From the IMG/VR virus record IMGVR_UViG_3300045988_135688: a stretch of 64,000 bases of DNA; one strand, given 5' to 3'. How positions within the stretch are numbered: the first letter of the stretch is position 1; every line of letters begins with the position of its first letter. Position numbers and translations under genes: made by a program. This document shows positions 9,313 through 18,115 of the stretch, one piece after another. Under the pieces are notes generated by a model. That model made no database searches, had not been told where the DNA came from, and worked only from the letters and a program-made list of their open reading frames with translations. The stretch comes from a virus.

Positions 9313-9927
9313 TTAAACAGACAACCTATTATCTTTCCATTTTTTAGCTTTCAACAAACCAACACGGACAGCTTCATTGTTATTCCATTTAAAAATGTCA
9401 CACATAAGAGATATATATTCATGGATCTTATCTCTATACAACAACTGTTCTTCTGTTGCGTGTTGCCAATCTGTCGTTATACCACATTCTTCTTTTATCA
9501 TAGTGCACAATAATGACATAGCTTTTGAGAACTGGCTTTTATTGGAACAATTATTATACAGCGCACCAGTCATTTCTTTAAATGAATCACCGCTATCATT
9601 ACGATATTCAAGAAGTTTGTCGAATAACCATTCATACACCTCAACTTTCAACTTTGGATTTATCGCCAACGCCAAATCCAAGAATAAAAAAGGATGAACC
9701 CATGTATGATGCCCTCTACCCCTTCCGCTAATAATAGCAGTACCATATTTTTTTTCTAACTCCACAATAAACTCTCTTGTATTATTGCTTTGCCGCCATT
9801 CATGCCATGAAAACAAAGATTTACCATTTTTTAAAAGCCAATTATTACCAGCTTTAATCAAATCCGTAGCAGAATACATTCCACTATCAGAAACAGTTAT
9901 TTTTTGACCAAAAATAGATGTATCCAT
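9313..9927 (-). CDS. KilA-N domain protein
   Basis: GMYSATDLIKA...GRGRGHHTWVHPFLFLDLALAINPKLKVEVYEWLFD is the classic KilA-N signature. Confidence 0.7.
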   Translation of the reverse strand: MDTSIFGQKITVSDSGMYSATDLIKAGNNWLLKNGKSLFSWHEWRQSNNTREFIVELEKKYGTAIISGRGRGHHTWVHPFLFLDLALAINPKLKVEVYEWLFDKLLEYRNDSGDSFKEMTGALYNNCSNKSQFSKAMSLLCTMIKEECGITTDWQHATEEQLLYRDKIHEYISLMCDIFKWNNNEAVRVGLLKAKKWKDNRLSV

Positions 9928-9928
9928 A

Positions 9929-10546
9929 TCAATAAGTTTTATATAACTCGAAATTATTATTCATAATACATTTATAGACTATGCCAATAAACTTTCCAAT
10001 ATTAACCTTGTTGTCTATTCTAATGACCTTATACCCCTTGCCTATTAAAAAGTTGGTTCTATTGATTTCATCAATTGTATCATATCCAATATGCCTGTTT
10101 TCATCTATTTCAACTATAATGGATTTATTAATTAAAATATCAACACAATATGGCTCTATAGGATACTGCCTTTCTATCGTAAAATTAATTCCAGATGATT
10201 CCATAAATGATTTCAATTCAAAGAAAAACTCACTTTCGTCTATTTTTCTCAAAGATATATCAGAATCAGAAACTAATCCTTGGACAAAAAGCTCGTGTAT
10301 AAAAAACTTTTTCTCGAACAAAGAAAGCCTATAAGACTTAGATAACCATTCTTTAATACATTCTCCATTAACAAGGACACAACTTCCTCTTCCTTTTTTA
10401 CTAGGACGAATTATGTTATCTTGATTAAGACTGTTTAATTCAGTATGTTTAAAAGAATTACTTCCTATAAACACATTAAAAACAGACGATTTAAACCATC
10501 CATCTTTAACACTTTCTACTTTTACATTATTAAATGTATATTCCAT
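9929..10546 (-). CDS. DUF559/Vsr-like (PD-(D/E)XK) endonuclease-domain protein
   Basis: C-terminus YCVDILINKSIIVEIDENRHIGYDTIDEINRTNFLIGKGYKVIRID fits the D...E-x-D/H...R pattern of DUF559-type nucleases. Start set at MEYTF. Confidence 0.5.
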   Translation of the reverse strand: MEYTFNNVKVESVKDGWFKSSVFNVFIGSNSFKHTELNSLNQDNIIRPSKKGRGSCVLVNGECIKEWLSKSYRLSLFEKKFFIHELFVQGLVSDSDISLRKIDESEFFFELKSFMESSGINFTIERQYPIEPYCVDILINKSIIVEIDENRHIGYDTIDEINRTNFLIGKGYKVIRIDNKVNIGKFIGIVYKCIMNNNFELYKTY

Positions 10547-10629
10547 ATCTCCTTTTTTATGCAAAGATATGGAATATACATTAATAAACAAAACAAAAAG
10601 GGTATTTATTTATCATAAAACAAACCACC

Positions 10630-12096
10630 CTAAAACGGCAAATCCTCCTTCATTATATCATCAGCCTGTTGGAGAAGATATTCGTCAGGATTATACTTCC
10701 GTCTTAGGACAACCTGAAACAGCCTGTTCCTGTTCTCATCCCACGCGGAAGTGACGGAATAGCCTTCCTGGCGTATCATGTCAACCATCTTTCTCTTACT
10801 GTAAGGTCTAACGCCACAGTCATTGCAGTATGCTATGTATTTCACATACAGGTCACGGTCACGGATAGCCGATTCCTCAATATCTCCCGAAGAATCATAC
10901 CCCGAATCGTAAAGATACGACAAGACACTGTTGGAATCACGTCTTGCATTCTCCGTAACGGATTCTATCGTGTAACTTCTCGTAAACTCACCCTTGTTCT
11001 TAACAAACCGTCTTGCACCCTCTATTATCCAGTTGATAATGGCTGCCGATTCCTTTGACAGCTTCAACGGAAGAGATCTGTCCTGTTCCGATTCCTTGAA
11101 CACACGATAGAACGGGATAACAAGGGAGCGTCTGAAGTGACCATAAGTCTGGTCCGAAACGGAAGGCATCTTGTTAAGGTTGGCCATGAAAGGCGGCATC
11201 ATGTCGGCAAGGAAAGGCTCACCGAACGGAAGGCGCGCCATAGTAGGCTCACCAGATATGAACTTCTTATACTTTCCACCGCTCACGTCCTTCCCACCCA
11301 TCTCTGAGGCGTAGTTGAGCAGCTTGCCGTTTATCATCGCTATATTGTACTCGCAAGTAGACTTGTCACCCGACAGGTCAGCCATCTCCATATACGACAC
11401 ATTGTCTTTCCCCAGGGCATTGACAACAGCGTCAAAGAACACCGACTTACCGTTACTACCACAACCGAGAAGGTAACACATCTTCTCCATCTTGATCTTC
11501 TTCCTGTCAACAAAGGCACACCCCACAAACTCCTGCAAGGCATCCTGTGTGTCCTTCACCGGGATCACATCGTCTAGGAACTTCTCCCACAACGGGCTGC
11601 GCGCCAACGGGTCATAATTGATATTGATACGTATGCACGATTCTATCATAGGAGAGAAATCGAACGTTTCCATCGTTTCCGTGTCAAGGACACAATTGTC
11701 AAACGTGATGAAGTTACGCTTGGGATTGAATATCTCATGCGTCACGTTCTTTACGATGGTACGGTAGAACCGCTCGCTCGTATCGGTCATGTACAGTTCG
11801 CTAAGACCGTTTATGCGGCACAAATCCATACACAGGCGCATCAGATCCTCCTTCATCATGGGAACGAATATCTTACCGTCAAAAGCCATGATGGAACCGC
11901 TCCTGTGGCGTCTGAAATTGCATTCCCTGCACGCATCGGCTATATCCATCTCGACCATAGCGGATATGGAACGCTTCCACTCGCCTTCATCCCTTGCTTT
12001 ACGGAAGCCACGACCACCACCCTTGTCCGCCAGCTTGCCCATAACGGAATCAAGGATGTATTCATAAGAAGCCTTTGCAGATTCAGCGACAGTCAT
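10630..12096 (-). CDS. P4/D5-family primase-helicase (SF3 NTPase)
   Basis: Walker A GCGSNGKS; overall D5_N/P4 C-terminal layout. Ends in EDLPF. Confidence 0.8.
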   Translation of the reverse strand: MTVAESAKASYEYILDSVMGKLADKGGGRGFRKARDEGEWKRSISAMVEMDIADACRECNFRRHRSGSIMAFDGKIFVPMMKEDLMRLCMDLCRINGLSELYMTDTSERFYRTIVKNVTHEIFNPKRNFITFDNCVLDTETMETFDFSPMIESCIRININYDPLARSPLWEKFLDDVIPVKDTQDALQEFVGCAFVDRKKIKMEKMCYLLGCGSNGKSVFFDAVVNALGKDNVSYMEMADLSGDKSTCEYNIAMINGKLLNYASEMGGKDVSGGKYKKFISGEPTMARLPFGEPFLADMMPPFMANLNKMPSVSDQTYGHFRRSLVIPFYRVFKESEQDRSLPLKLSKESAAIINWIIEGARRFVKNKGEFTRSYTIESVTENARRDSNSVLSYLYDSGYDSSGDIEESAIRDRDLYVKYIAYCNDCGVRPYSKRKMVDMIRQEGYSVTSAWDENRNRLFQVVLRRKYNPDEYLLQQADDIMKEDLPF

Positions 12097-13120
12097 TTTC
12101 CCCTCCTTTCTCTACCGATCCTACCGATTCTACCGATTTCTCCCGGTCCACAACCTTCCCGAACATTACAACAGGATACAGGTCATAATCGTCCGTTGAT
12201 ATGTCAGGGCGTGCGTCTATATCGTCAAGGGAAGAGTACACGTCCGCGATGTGCTCCAGTTTCCTGCACACGATGGAATCACGTCTTATCCCGTAATACT
12301 CTATAAGGTCAGCCATGTACTGTATGGTGATGTCCTTGAACCACGTGAACGCATCATCACGTGTCTTTGCACCGTCACAGCAGGTATTGAACGTGTACCC
12401 GAAACGCCTCATCTTCACGAAGTAGCTGTTCCGCCACAACGACACCGACTTGTCCATCTCGCTCCCTGCATTGCGTATGGCGGTGACGATGCTTCCCGGC
12501 ATGAGCGCGCACCGTGAAACGCGAGCGGCGGAAGGCTTCCCGTTCGCCCCGGTTCCATCCACCATATCCACATCGGGCACGAACCTTAGATCATCCACGC
12601 TCCTTCCGCCAACAACGGACGTGTCATGGCGCATAAGGTAGTCTGCATCCACGATATGCCCGTACTGTCTTACCTGGTCCTCGCACCACGAAGCGAATCT
12701 GCGCAACGACCGTTTCCACTCGGAAGGAAGCACATACCCGCACCTTGCACATATCTCCGCTATATGCTTCCTCTCCTTCTCCCATTTTCTCTTCATCTTC
12801 CTCTCGTACTCCAGCACCTCACCCTCCACGCTGACACCAGCGACCTGTGCAGCCATAGACTTTGCAGTTAAAGGTACGGGCACACGCTTGATGAATGACG
12901 CTTCCGACACGAACACAGCCTTTGTTCCGTCCTCCAGAGGCTCGTCAAGTTTAAGACAGCAGTGACGATCCCTGAAGCTGACGAGCGTAACCCACCCGAA
13001 CAGCCGTGTCTGAACCCTCATTCCCTTGTACCAACGTTCCCTGTCGGGCATTGCATCGGACAGGCATACGACACGCCTTGATTCGGGCAACCTAAGTTTA
13101 ATCTCTATTTTTTCTTCCAT
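12083..13120 (-). CDS. hypothetical protein (345 aa), G+C-rich
   Basis: Long ORF whose stop overlaps the primase-helicase start. Several antisense ORFs here are compositional artefacts. Confidence 0.6.
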   Translation of the reverse strand: MEEKIEIKLRLPESRRVVCLSDAMPDRERWYKGMRVQTRLFGWVTLVSFRDRHCCLKLDEPLEDGTKAVFVSEASFIKRVPVPLTAKSMAAQVAGVSVEGEVLEYERKMKRKWEKERKHIAEICARCGYVLPSEWKRSLRRFASWCEDQVRQYGHIVDADYLMRHDTSVVGGRSVDDLRFVPDVDMVDGTGANGKPSAARVSRCALMPGSIVTAIRNAGSEMDKSVSLWRNSYFVKMRRFGYTFNTCCDGAKTRDDAFTWFKDITIQYMADLIEYYGIRRDSIVCRKLEHIADVYSSLDDIDARPDISTDDYDLYPVVMFGKVVDREKSVESVGSVEKGGENDCR

Positions 13121-13153
13121 ATTTTACACACACATTTTACTTGATTTTACCTG

Positions 13154-13161
13154 CAAATATA
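13154..13161 (-). promoter_or_regulatory. -7 promoter box TATATTTG (minus strand) for the leftward operon
   Basis: Plus-strand CAAATATA, about 33 nt upstream of ATG 13120. Confidence 0.4.
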
Positions 13162-13306
13162 GCGCAAAAAACAATACGAAAACTAGTAGTTAAATTAATT
13201 AACTACAAATGTTTATGTGATTAACAAATACGTGTCAAGGAAGATAGTTTATCTTTCTTTACACAAGATTTTTTACTTTCACGTCCACAGTATTATTTGA
13301 ATAGGA

Positions 13307-13344
13307 AAAGTAAAAAATATTGATTGTTGTTATTTTTTACTTTT
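13307..13344. repeat. 14-bp perfect AT-rich inverted repeat (AAAAGTAAAAAATA / TATTTTTTACTTTT), 10-nt spacer
   Basis: Read directly. A third partial copy ATTTTTTACTTTC lies at about 13269-13281. Confidence 0.9.
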
Positions 13345-13470
13345 GTAATAATTTTTCTCATTTTAGTTAAAATGATTTAACTATAATTTTTTATCTACTT
13401 ATTATTTTCTACGTTAAGAAATGTAAAATTGACTTAATTTAACATAAAATAAAAAATCTCAACACCGATA

Positions 13471-13484
13471 GTTGCATATGCAAC
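13471..13484. repeat. 14-bp perfect palindrome GTTGCATATGCAAC
   Basis: Read directly. Confidence 0.95.
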
Positions 13485-13501
13485 TAATTGATTCGGGAAA
13501 A

Positions 13502-14256
13502 TTCGTAAAAAACCTACGAAATTCGTTGTTTTTTCGTAGACTTCGTAAACTCTTCGTTTTTCAACACTTGTCAAAAAACTCGCAAAAATTAGTGATTAAA
13601 TAGCTGAAAACAAGCTATTTAGTCTTGTCAAAAAAAATTGAATCGTTAATCGTAAAAATTTCACTCTCTATTAATTTGTATATTAAATGTTAAAGGTAAT
13701 ATATTTATACAATATATACATACACGTACACCTTACATACTCTATTACAATACATATACATACACAATACATACACAACACATACACATACAGACACCAA
13801 AACTGCATACGTAATTTAGTATAGATACATATCAAAACGACGAAATCAACGAAGAATACTGTAAACCAATAACTTATACTGCAAAAAAAGACATAAAAAA
13901 TGCAACCATACCTACGAAACACACCAAAAAACCTACGATTTTCGTAACTTTTTATGTAAAGATTTATCCGATTTTGTTGAAAACTACCGAAAATACACCA
14001 CCAAACCGCAAAATCAGCCATCCGAGCAAAATTTGGGGAAAAAAATTTTTCAGAAAAAAATTTATCGGAAGCGACACACCCGCAGCGAAGCCTCTACAAA
14101 AGGGGGTATGGCGCTGATTTACAGGCAATTACTCACGTTTATCTACCACGATTCTCAATGTTTGTAAATAAAAAAGAATTCTTTTCTACGAGAATCGAAT
14201 TTCGAAATCTTTACAAATAAAATATCTTTACAAGTGACTTCTACGAAGATTTCGTA
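13502..14256. promoter_or_regulatory. cluster of TACGA-N3-5-TCGTA inverted repeats and TTCGTA direct repeats (operator/iteron-like)
   Basis: CTACGAAATTCGT 13514-13526; TTCGTAGACTTCGTAA 13533-13548; CCTACGAA 13911-13918; CTACGATTTTCGTAA 13932-13946; CTACGAG 14186-14192; CTACGAAGATTTCGTAA 14240-14256. Confidence 0.5.
13711..13798. repeat. low-complexity ACATAC/TACACA tract
   Basis: Read directly; ORF 13683..14021 across it looks spurious. Confidence 0.85.
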
Positions 14257-14333
14257 ATTCCTTCATTATCAGACACTTACAAACAAATTTAACACAAATT
14301 AACATTGAAAAATCTTGAAATTAAACATAATAT

Positions 14334-14341
14334 TAGCTTTG
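14334..14341 (+). promoter_or_regulatory. -7 promoter box TAGCTTTG for the rightward operon
   Basis: Matches TAnnTTTG. It would give a ~530-nt leader before ATG 14877. Confidence 0.3.
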
Positions 14342-14798
14342 CATGGTCTGATCTATTAATATTATGCAATATTAATTTAAAATATGTATATAAACTGTAT
14401 TGTTTTTGCAAAAAACGGGCTTAATTTATAATGAATGTTAATGAAATGTACAACCTAATCAAAAACGCTGTATGTTTGCAGTGTCGGAAGGACAAAGCGA
14501 TACTTGACGTATTGAAACAGCTTGCCACGGTGAGAGCGTGGTACAGATCCGCAAACCAGGGAATAAGCGGAATATAAATAGCGGTGTTGTTAGCCACGAT
14601 GCAGAGGTACGGGTATTGCTTGATAATGGAGATAGTAACTTAGTGCGATATGCGATTAACATCCCTAATATAATATAATGTATGTGCGTATGTATCCTAT
14701 ACATAAGCCTTAATACTTGTCTGTTAGTCACGGTCGGTATATATAAGCCGTAAAAACATACGATACGCACATATTGTAATGTAGCTACCATCCTGCCC

Positions 14799-14820
14799 GG
14801 TGTGGTTGGTGTGGTTGGTA
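14799..14820. repeat. 9-bp tandem repeat GGTGTGGTT x2.4
   Basis: Read directly. Confidence 0.9.
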
Positions 14821-14876
14821 ACGGTTACAAGCCCGTATGAATACAGAGTACAGTATAAACTTAATACATTATATAT

Positions 14877-15662
14877 ATGGAAGCAAAGAAAATCTCACAG
14901 AGAGCAGTTAAGAGTATGATTAACAGCAATGTAACATTACTGCATATCGGTAATTTTGAAACTGGAAAGCGTACTAACTTGAAACGCGCGGTTAGCGAAT
15001 GTGTATATGATAGTCGGTTGTATTACAATACGGAATTGCAATCGGATAGCGAAAAAATCGAATACCTATCGGTATACGACACGGATAGACTGTTTGAGGT
15101 TAAGTTATACGAAACGCATATTGCAGCGTTTAACGAATACACTGAGTACCACATTGATTTTGACGATACAAGCAAGTATTACACATTGGTTATAAGTGGC
15201 ATGCAGTTTTTGATCGTGTCGAATTTAGGGTGGTGTAATATCTACCAGGTGTTTGATAGCGTGGTGGAAGAACTGGATAAAGATCCTTTGTTTAAAGAAA
15301 TTAAACAAAGCGGCGTAATAACAAAGGATCAGATACAGACATTAAAAAAACGCTCAAACGACTTGCGGCGTAATGTTATTAATTACAATTGGATGGATCG
15401 TGTTGGGAACGGATACGGTATACCGTTGACGGAGGAACAAGGCGCTAAGGAACTAGACTGGATAAAGTCTTTTGTCGGAAAAAATATATATCGTTATAAA
15501 GATATAGAGATCATAAAAAATGCATCTCCATCTGATTTTGTTTTTAAAGGCTTCTATAATAACGGTATAGGGAATTGGTGTAATTACTTGCCAATATACG
15601 AAATAAACGGTATAGAATATGTACCAATGTCACAACCCTATATAATTGGGAGATATGAGTAA
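14877..15662 (+). CDS. hypothetical protein (261 aa)
   Basis: First long ORF of the rightward block. Confidence 0.6.
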   Translation: MEAKKISQRAVKSMINSNVTLLHIGNFETGKRTNLKRAVSECVYDSRLYYNTELQSDSEKIEYLSVYDTDRLFEVKLYETHIAAFNEYTEYHIDFDDTSKYYTLVISGMQFLIVSNLGWCNIYQVFDSVVEELDKDPLFKEIKQSGVITKDQIQTLKKRSNDLRRNVINYNWMDRVGNGYGIPLTEEQGAKELDWIKSFVGKNIYRYKDIEIIKNASPSDFVFKGFYNNGIGNWCNYLPIYEINGIEYVPMSQPYIIGRYE

Positions 15663-15804
15663 AGAATATAAGTTAACAGTAGAGTTCCATAATGGAGCGC
15701 GTTATTGCTATTATGGCAAGACGAAAAAAGAAGCTATTGCCGAATTTAAGCGCAATTTCGGGAACTTTAAAGGATTTATTAAGAAAGAATGGGAAATAAT
15801 ATGA
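15655..15804 (+). CDS. small hypothetical protein (49 aa), not in ORF track
   Basis: Own translation MSKEYKLTVEFHNGARYCYYGKTKKEAIAEFKRNFGNFKGFIKKEWEII. Overlaps the neighbouring stop and start (ATGA at 15801-15804). Confidence 0.45.
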   Translation: MSKEYKLTVEFHNGARYCYYGKTKKEAIAEFKRNFGNFKGFIKKEWEII

Positions 15805-16010
15805 TAGTTTATACAGTAGAAACGATTGGCGGGCAAATTACAAGCTACGAAGCGAACAAGGAAAATTTGCCCAAATTTTTAGAAAAGCCCGTTAAGGAAA
15901 GTTTTAAAAAGTACGGTTTTTGTATGTGGAAAACTCCAGAATACGAATGTATTATATATCCTACCTTACAGGCTGCACAACATGCTATACAATGGACAAT
16001 TGAAAATTAA
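15801..16010 (+). CDS. hypothetical protein (69 aa; start moved to MIVYTVE)
   Basis: ORF track frame with ATGA coupling to the preceding small ORF. Confidence 0.5.
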   Translation: MIVYTVETIGGQITSYEANKENLPKFLEKPVKESFKKYGFCMWKTPEYECIIYPTLQAAQHAIQWTIEN

Positions 16011-16028
16011 CGATTAAATATTACAATT

Positions 16029-16391
16029 ATGGAAAGATACGATTATTTTGCAGCGGTTAAAGAAGACGTTTTAAATTATATCAATGACAACGGAATAGTA
16101 GTAACCACGGAAAACCGGGATGAAGTGGAACAGGAACTCAACGATACACTGTTTACATGTGATAGCGTAACGGGAAACGCTTCAGGATCTTACACATTTA
16201 ACGCGTGGAAGGCTGAAGAAAACCTGTGTCACAATTGGGACCTGTTAGGAGAAGCGTTAACAGAGTTCGGGTGCGATATGAATTATTTGGGACGCGGTGC
16301 AGAATCGTGCGATGTTACGATACGCTGTTATCTGTTAAATCAAGCAATTTCAGAAGTGTTGGACGAAATAGAAACAGAAGAAGAAGAATAA
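16029..16391 (+). CDS. strongly acidic hypothetical protein (120 aa, C-terminal ETEEEE)
   Basis: ORF track. The acidic composition is compatible with a DNA-mimic or anti-restriction role, but no motif was recognised with certainty. Confidence 0.55.
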   Translation: MERYDYFAAVKEDVLNYINDNGIVVTTENRDEVEQELNDTLFTCDSVTGNASGSYTFNAWKAEENLCHNWDLLGEALTEFGCDMNYLGRGAESCDVTIRCYLLNQAISEVLDEIETEEEE

Positions 16392-16711
16392 AACGCGCAT
16401 ACAGGGGTAAATAAGCCCCCGTATCGAAAGATCTCCAGTAAATTAAAGAAATTATGAGAACGTTTTTTGCACAAGTTGAAACACGGTATCGGGCGATTAA
16501 AAATTGCCCGTTTACCCCCGCACATGTTGTCAAGGTTTTTGGCGGTTATATGTGTTTTGAGAGTGATAACGATTATAGAGTTTGGAAAAATCAAAAGTAA
16601 ACAACTATGATCGAAACATTAATATTATTAGGTTGCTTGTACTTATCCATACGAGTAACCGACTACGTAGAAAAACAGAAACAAAGCAATAACAATTAAA
16701 AATATAACATT

Positions 16712-17014
16712 ATGGAAAGAAGAAACGACATACCCAATTTGCTTGCAATGTATATATGTAACACAAGTGAGATATATAATATAACATCATGGCTGCAAAA
16801 CTGTGTAATCAAAAAAGCAAACAAGGGCATACAACCACAATTAGAATACCTTGCAAATTGCAGCACAATGAAAGGCATAATCAGAGAGGCCGCCAAACTG
16901 TTATACAAGTACGATGGGATAACACCCACCAGACAGGAAAAACAGGAAGCGGCCCTGGAGCACGCTAAATATATACTTGAATGTGTGCAATACTCCATTC
17001 AGAAACACCAATAG
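16712..17014 (+). CDS. hypothetical protein (100 aa)
   Basis: Plus-strand ORF preferred over the mirror ORF 16696..16998, based on operon orientation and less hydrophobic-junk composition. Confidence 0.45.
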   Translation: MERRNDIPNLLAMYICNTSEIYNITSWLQNCVIKKANKGIQPQLEYLANCSTMKGIIREAAKLLYKYDGITPTRQEKQEAALEHAKYILECVQYSIQKHQ

Positions 17015-17035
17015 AGGGCAAAATAAAGCCTTCTA

Positions 17036-17416
17036 TTGAAAGATCTCAATCAATACCGATATATTACCCATAAAACAAAAAATATTATGATACTAGTAAT
17101 ACTAAAAAACAGCAAAACAGGTAGCCAATATATTTGCAAATCGGCTTCAAAAACAGTAAAGTATATAAGCTACCATTTCGTATGCAGGCACAAGGATCAC
17201 CCGTTTTTTAAACAATTCTATCACGGTCCGAACGGAATACAAACAGGATCAGAACGATACAAGGAAATAGAAGCCCTAGAAAAATCTATCTATAATACAC
17301 CGATACACGAATTACTAGAGCTAACCATCACGGAAACACCCCTAGACGGACGTACACGATACGCAAAACAGTTACCCGTATATAATGTGGACGTATTGGC
17401 AGAACTCACCTATTAA
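17036..17416 (+). CDS. hypothetical protein (126 aa)
   Basis: ORF track. Confidence 0.5.
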   Translation: MKDLNQYRYITHKTKNIMILVILKNSKTGSQYICKSASKTVKYISYHFVCRHKDHPFFKQFYHGPNGIQTGSERYKEIEALEKSIYNTPIHELLELTITETPLDGRTRYAKQLPVYNVDVLAELTY

Positions 17417-17437
17417 TCAATCAAAAACAATATAATT

Positions 17438-17614
17438 ATGATACAGTTTTCTATTGATAGCTTCAGTAATGGTATATCAGGCCGCCCGTATAAATCAATC
17501 AATGAAGCTATACAAGACGGTGGCTACTCCGTTTGGTGCAACGAAAAGATTAAAAAAGCATTCAGTTTTGGGAACGGCACGGAAAATGTACCTAGATACG
17601 CCCGAATTGATTAA
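17438..17614 (+). CDS. small hypothetical protein (58 aa), ATG-initiated, not in ORF track
   Basis: Own translation MIQFSIDSFSNGISGRPYKSINEAIQDGGYSVWCNEKIKKAFSFGNGTENVPRYARID. The track ORF 17454..17801 starts at TTG in another frame. Confidence 0.4.
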   Translation: MIQFSIDSFSNGISGRPYKSINEAIQDGGYSVWCNEKIKKAFSFGNGTENVPRYARID

Positions 17615-17801
17615 GTTTGTAAGAGAACACGCAAACGACTACGATACGTTAAAACGAAAAGACGTACCTAGATGCCTAACTATTAAGTATAGTCGGAATG
17701 GACGTTATTTTTCCGTATATATTGAAAAATTTGGGGAAATAAGTTTTAAAGAAGTTTTGAATGTTTTCCCGTTACTTCCCAAATCATATTTGAACGAATA
17801 A
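17586..17801 (+). CDS. small hypothetical protein (71 aa; ATG-initiated part of track ORF 17454..17801)
   Basis: MYLDTPELIKFVREHANDYDTLKRKD...; overlaps the previous small ORF by 29 nt. Confidence 0.4.
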   Translation: MYLDTPELIKFVREHANDYDTLKRKDVPRCLTIKYSRNGRYFSVYIEKFGEISFKEVLNVFPLLPKSYLNE

Positions 17802-18115
17802 TGAAAGTGATTAGAGTGATTAGAGTTTTAAGGAGAATACTAACTGATTCAGATATTATAGACCTGTATGGTTTATATTGTGAGTTTTACAAAAATATAC
17901 AATAATATTAGATAACATTTTGCGTAACTTATTGGTTGCCGGGAACATTGTAACCGTACCGTTTGAACAAATGAGAGAGATACGCAAAGAACTGGGCTGA
18001 TTTGTTAAGCCTGTCATTTAGGGAATTAAGATAAATAGGATTGCCCGGTATGGAGAACAACGAACAGAGCGATACTATTACCTGGAACTAATTAATAACT
18101 TAAAAACGAAAAGAT

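Noticed and set aside
11340-12871. Multiple long ORFs antisense to or overlapping the primase-helicase and the 345-aa gene (e.g. 11737..12306, 11789..12067, 12251..12517, 12450..12641, 12626..12871, 11340..11543)
   Set aside because: They occur only in the G+C-rich island, where stop codons are rare. They have Arg/Pro/His-rich junk composition, and the sense ORFs carry clear motifs.
13683-14021. 112-aa ORF in the control region
   Set aside because: It runs through the ACATAC low-complexity tract and AT-rich repeats. Its composition (Cys/Tyr/Ile/Phe-rich) is typical of a non-coding artefact.
14459-14791. 110-aa minus-strand ORF upstream of the rightward block
   Set aside because: It is isolated from any minus-strand operon by more than 1.3 kb, has no promoter box or start context, and has an implausible sequence. 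I treat the region as a candidate RNA or leader, but a real small protein cannot be excluded without comparative data.
16696-16998. 100-aa minus-strand ORF mirroring the plus-strand ORF 16712..17014
   Set aside because: Only one of the two can be real. The plus-strand frame fits the operon orientation, and the minus-strand product is hydrophobic, Cys/Leu/Ser-rich junk.
17438-17801. Possible programmed frameshift joining the ATG-initiated 58-codon ORF (17438..17614) to the downstream frame of track ORF 17454..17801
   Set aside because: The shift would be +1 and I see no slippery heptamer or obvious stimulatory structure in the 17586-17614 overlap. Two short overlapping genes (the second starting at ATG 17586) is the simpler reading. 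A sequencing indel is the other alternative.
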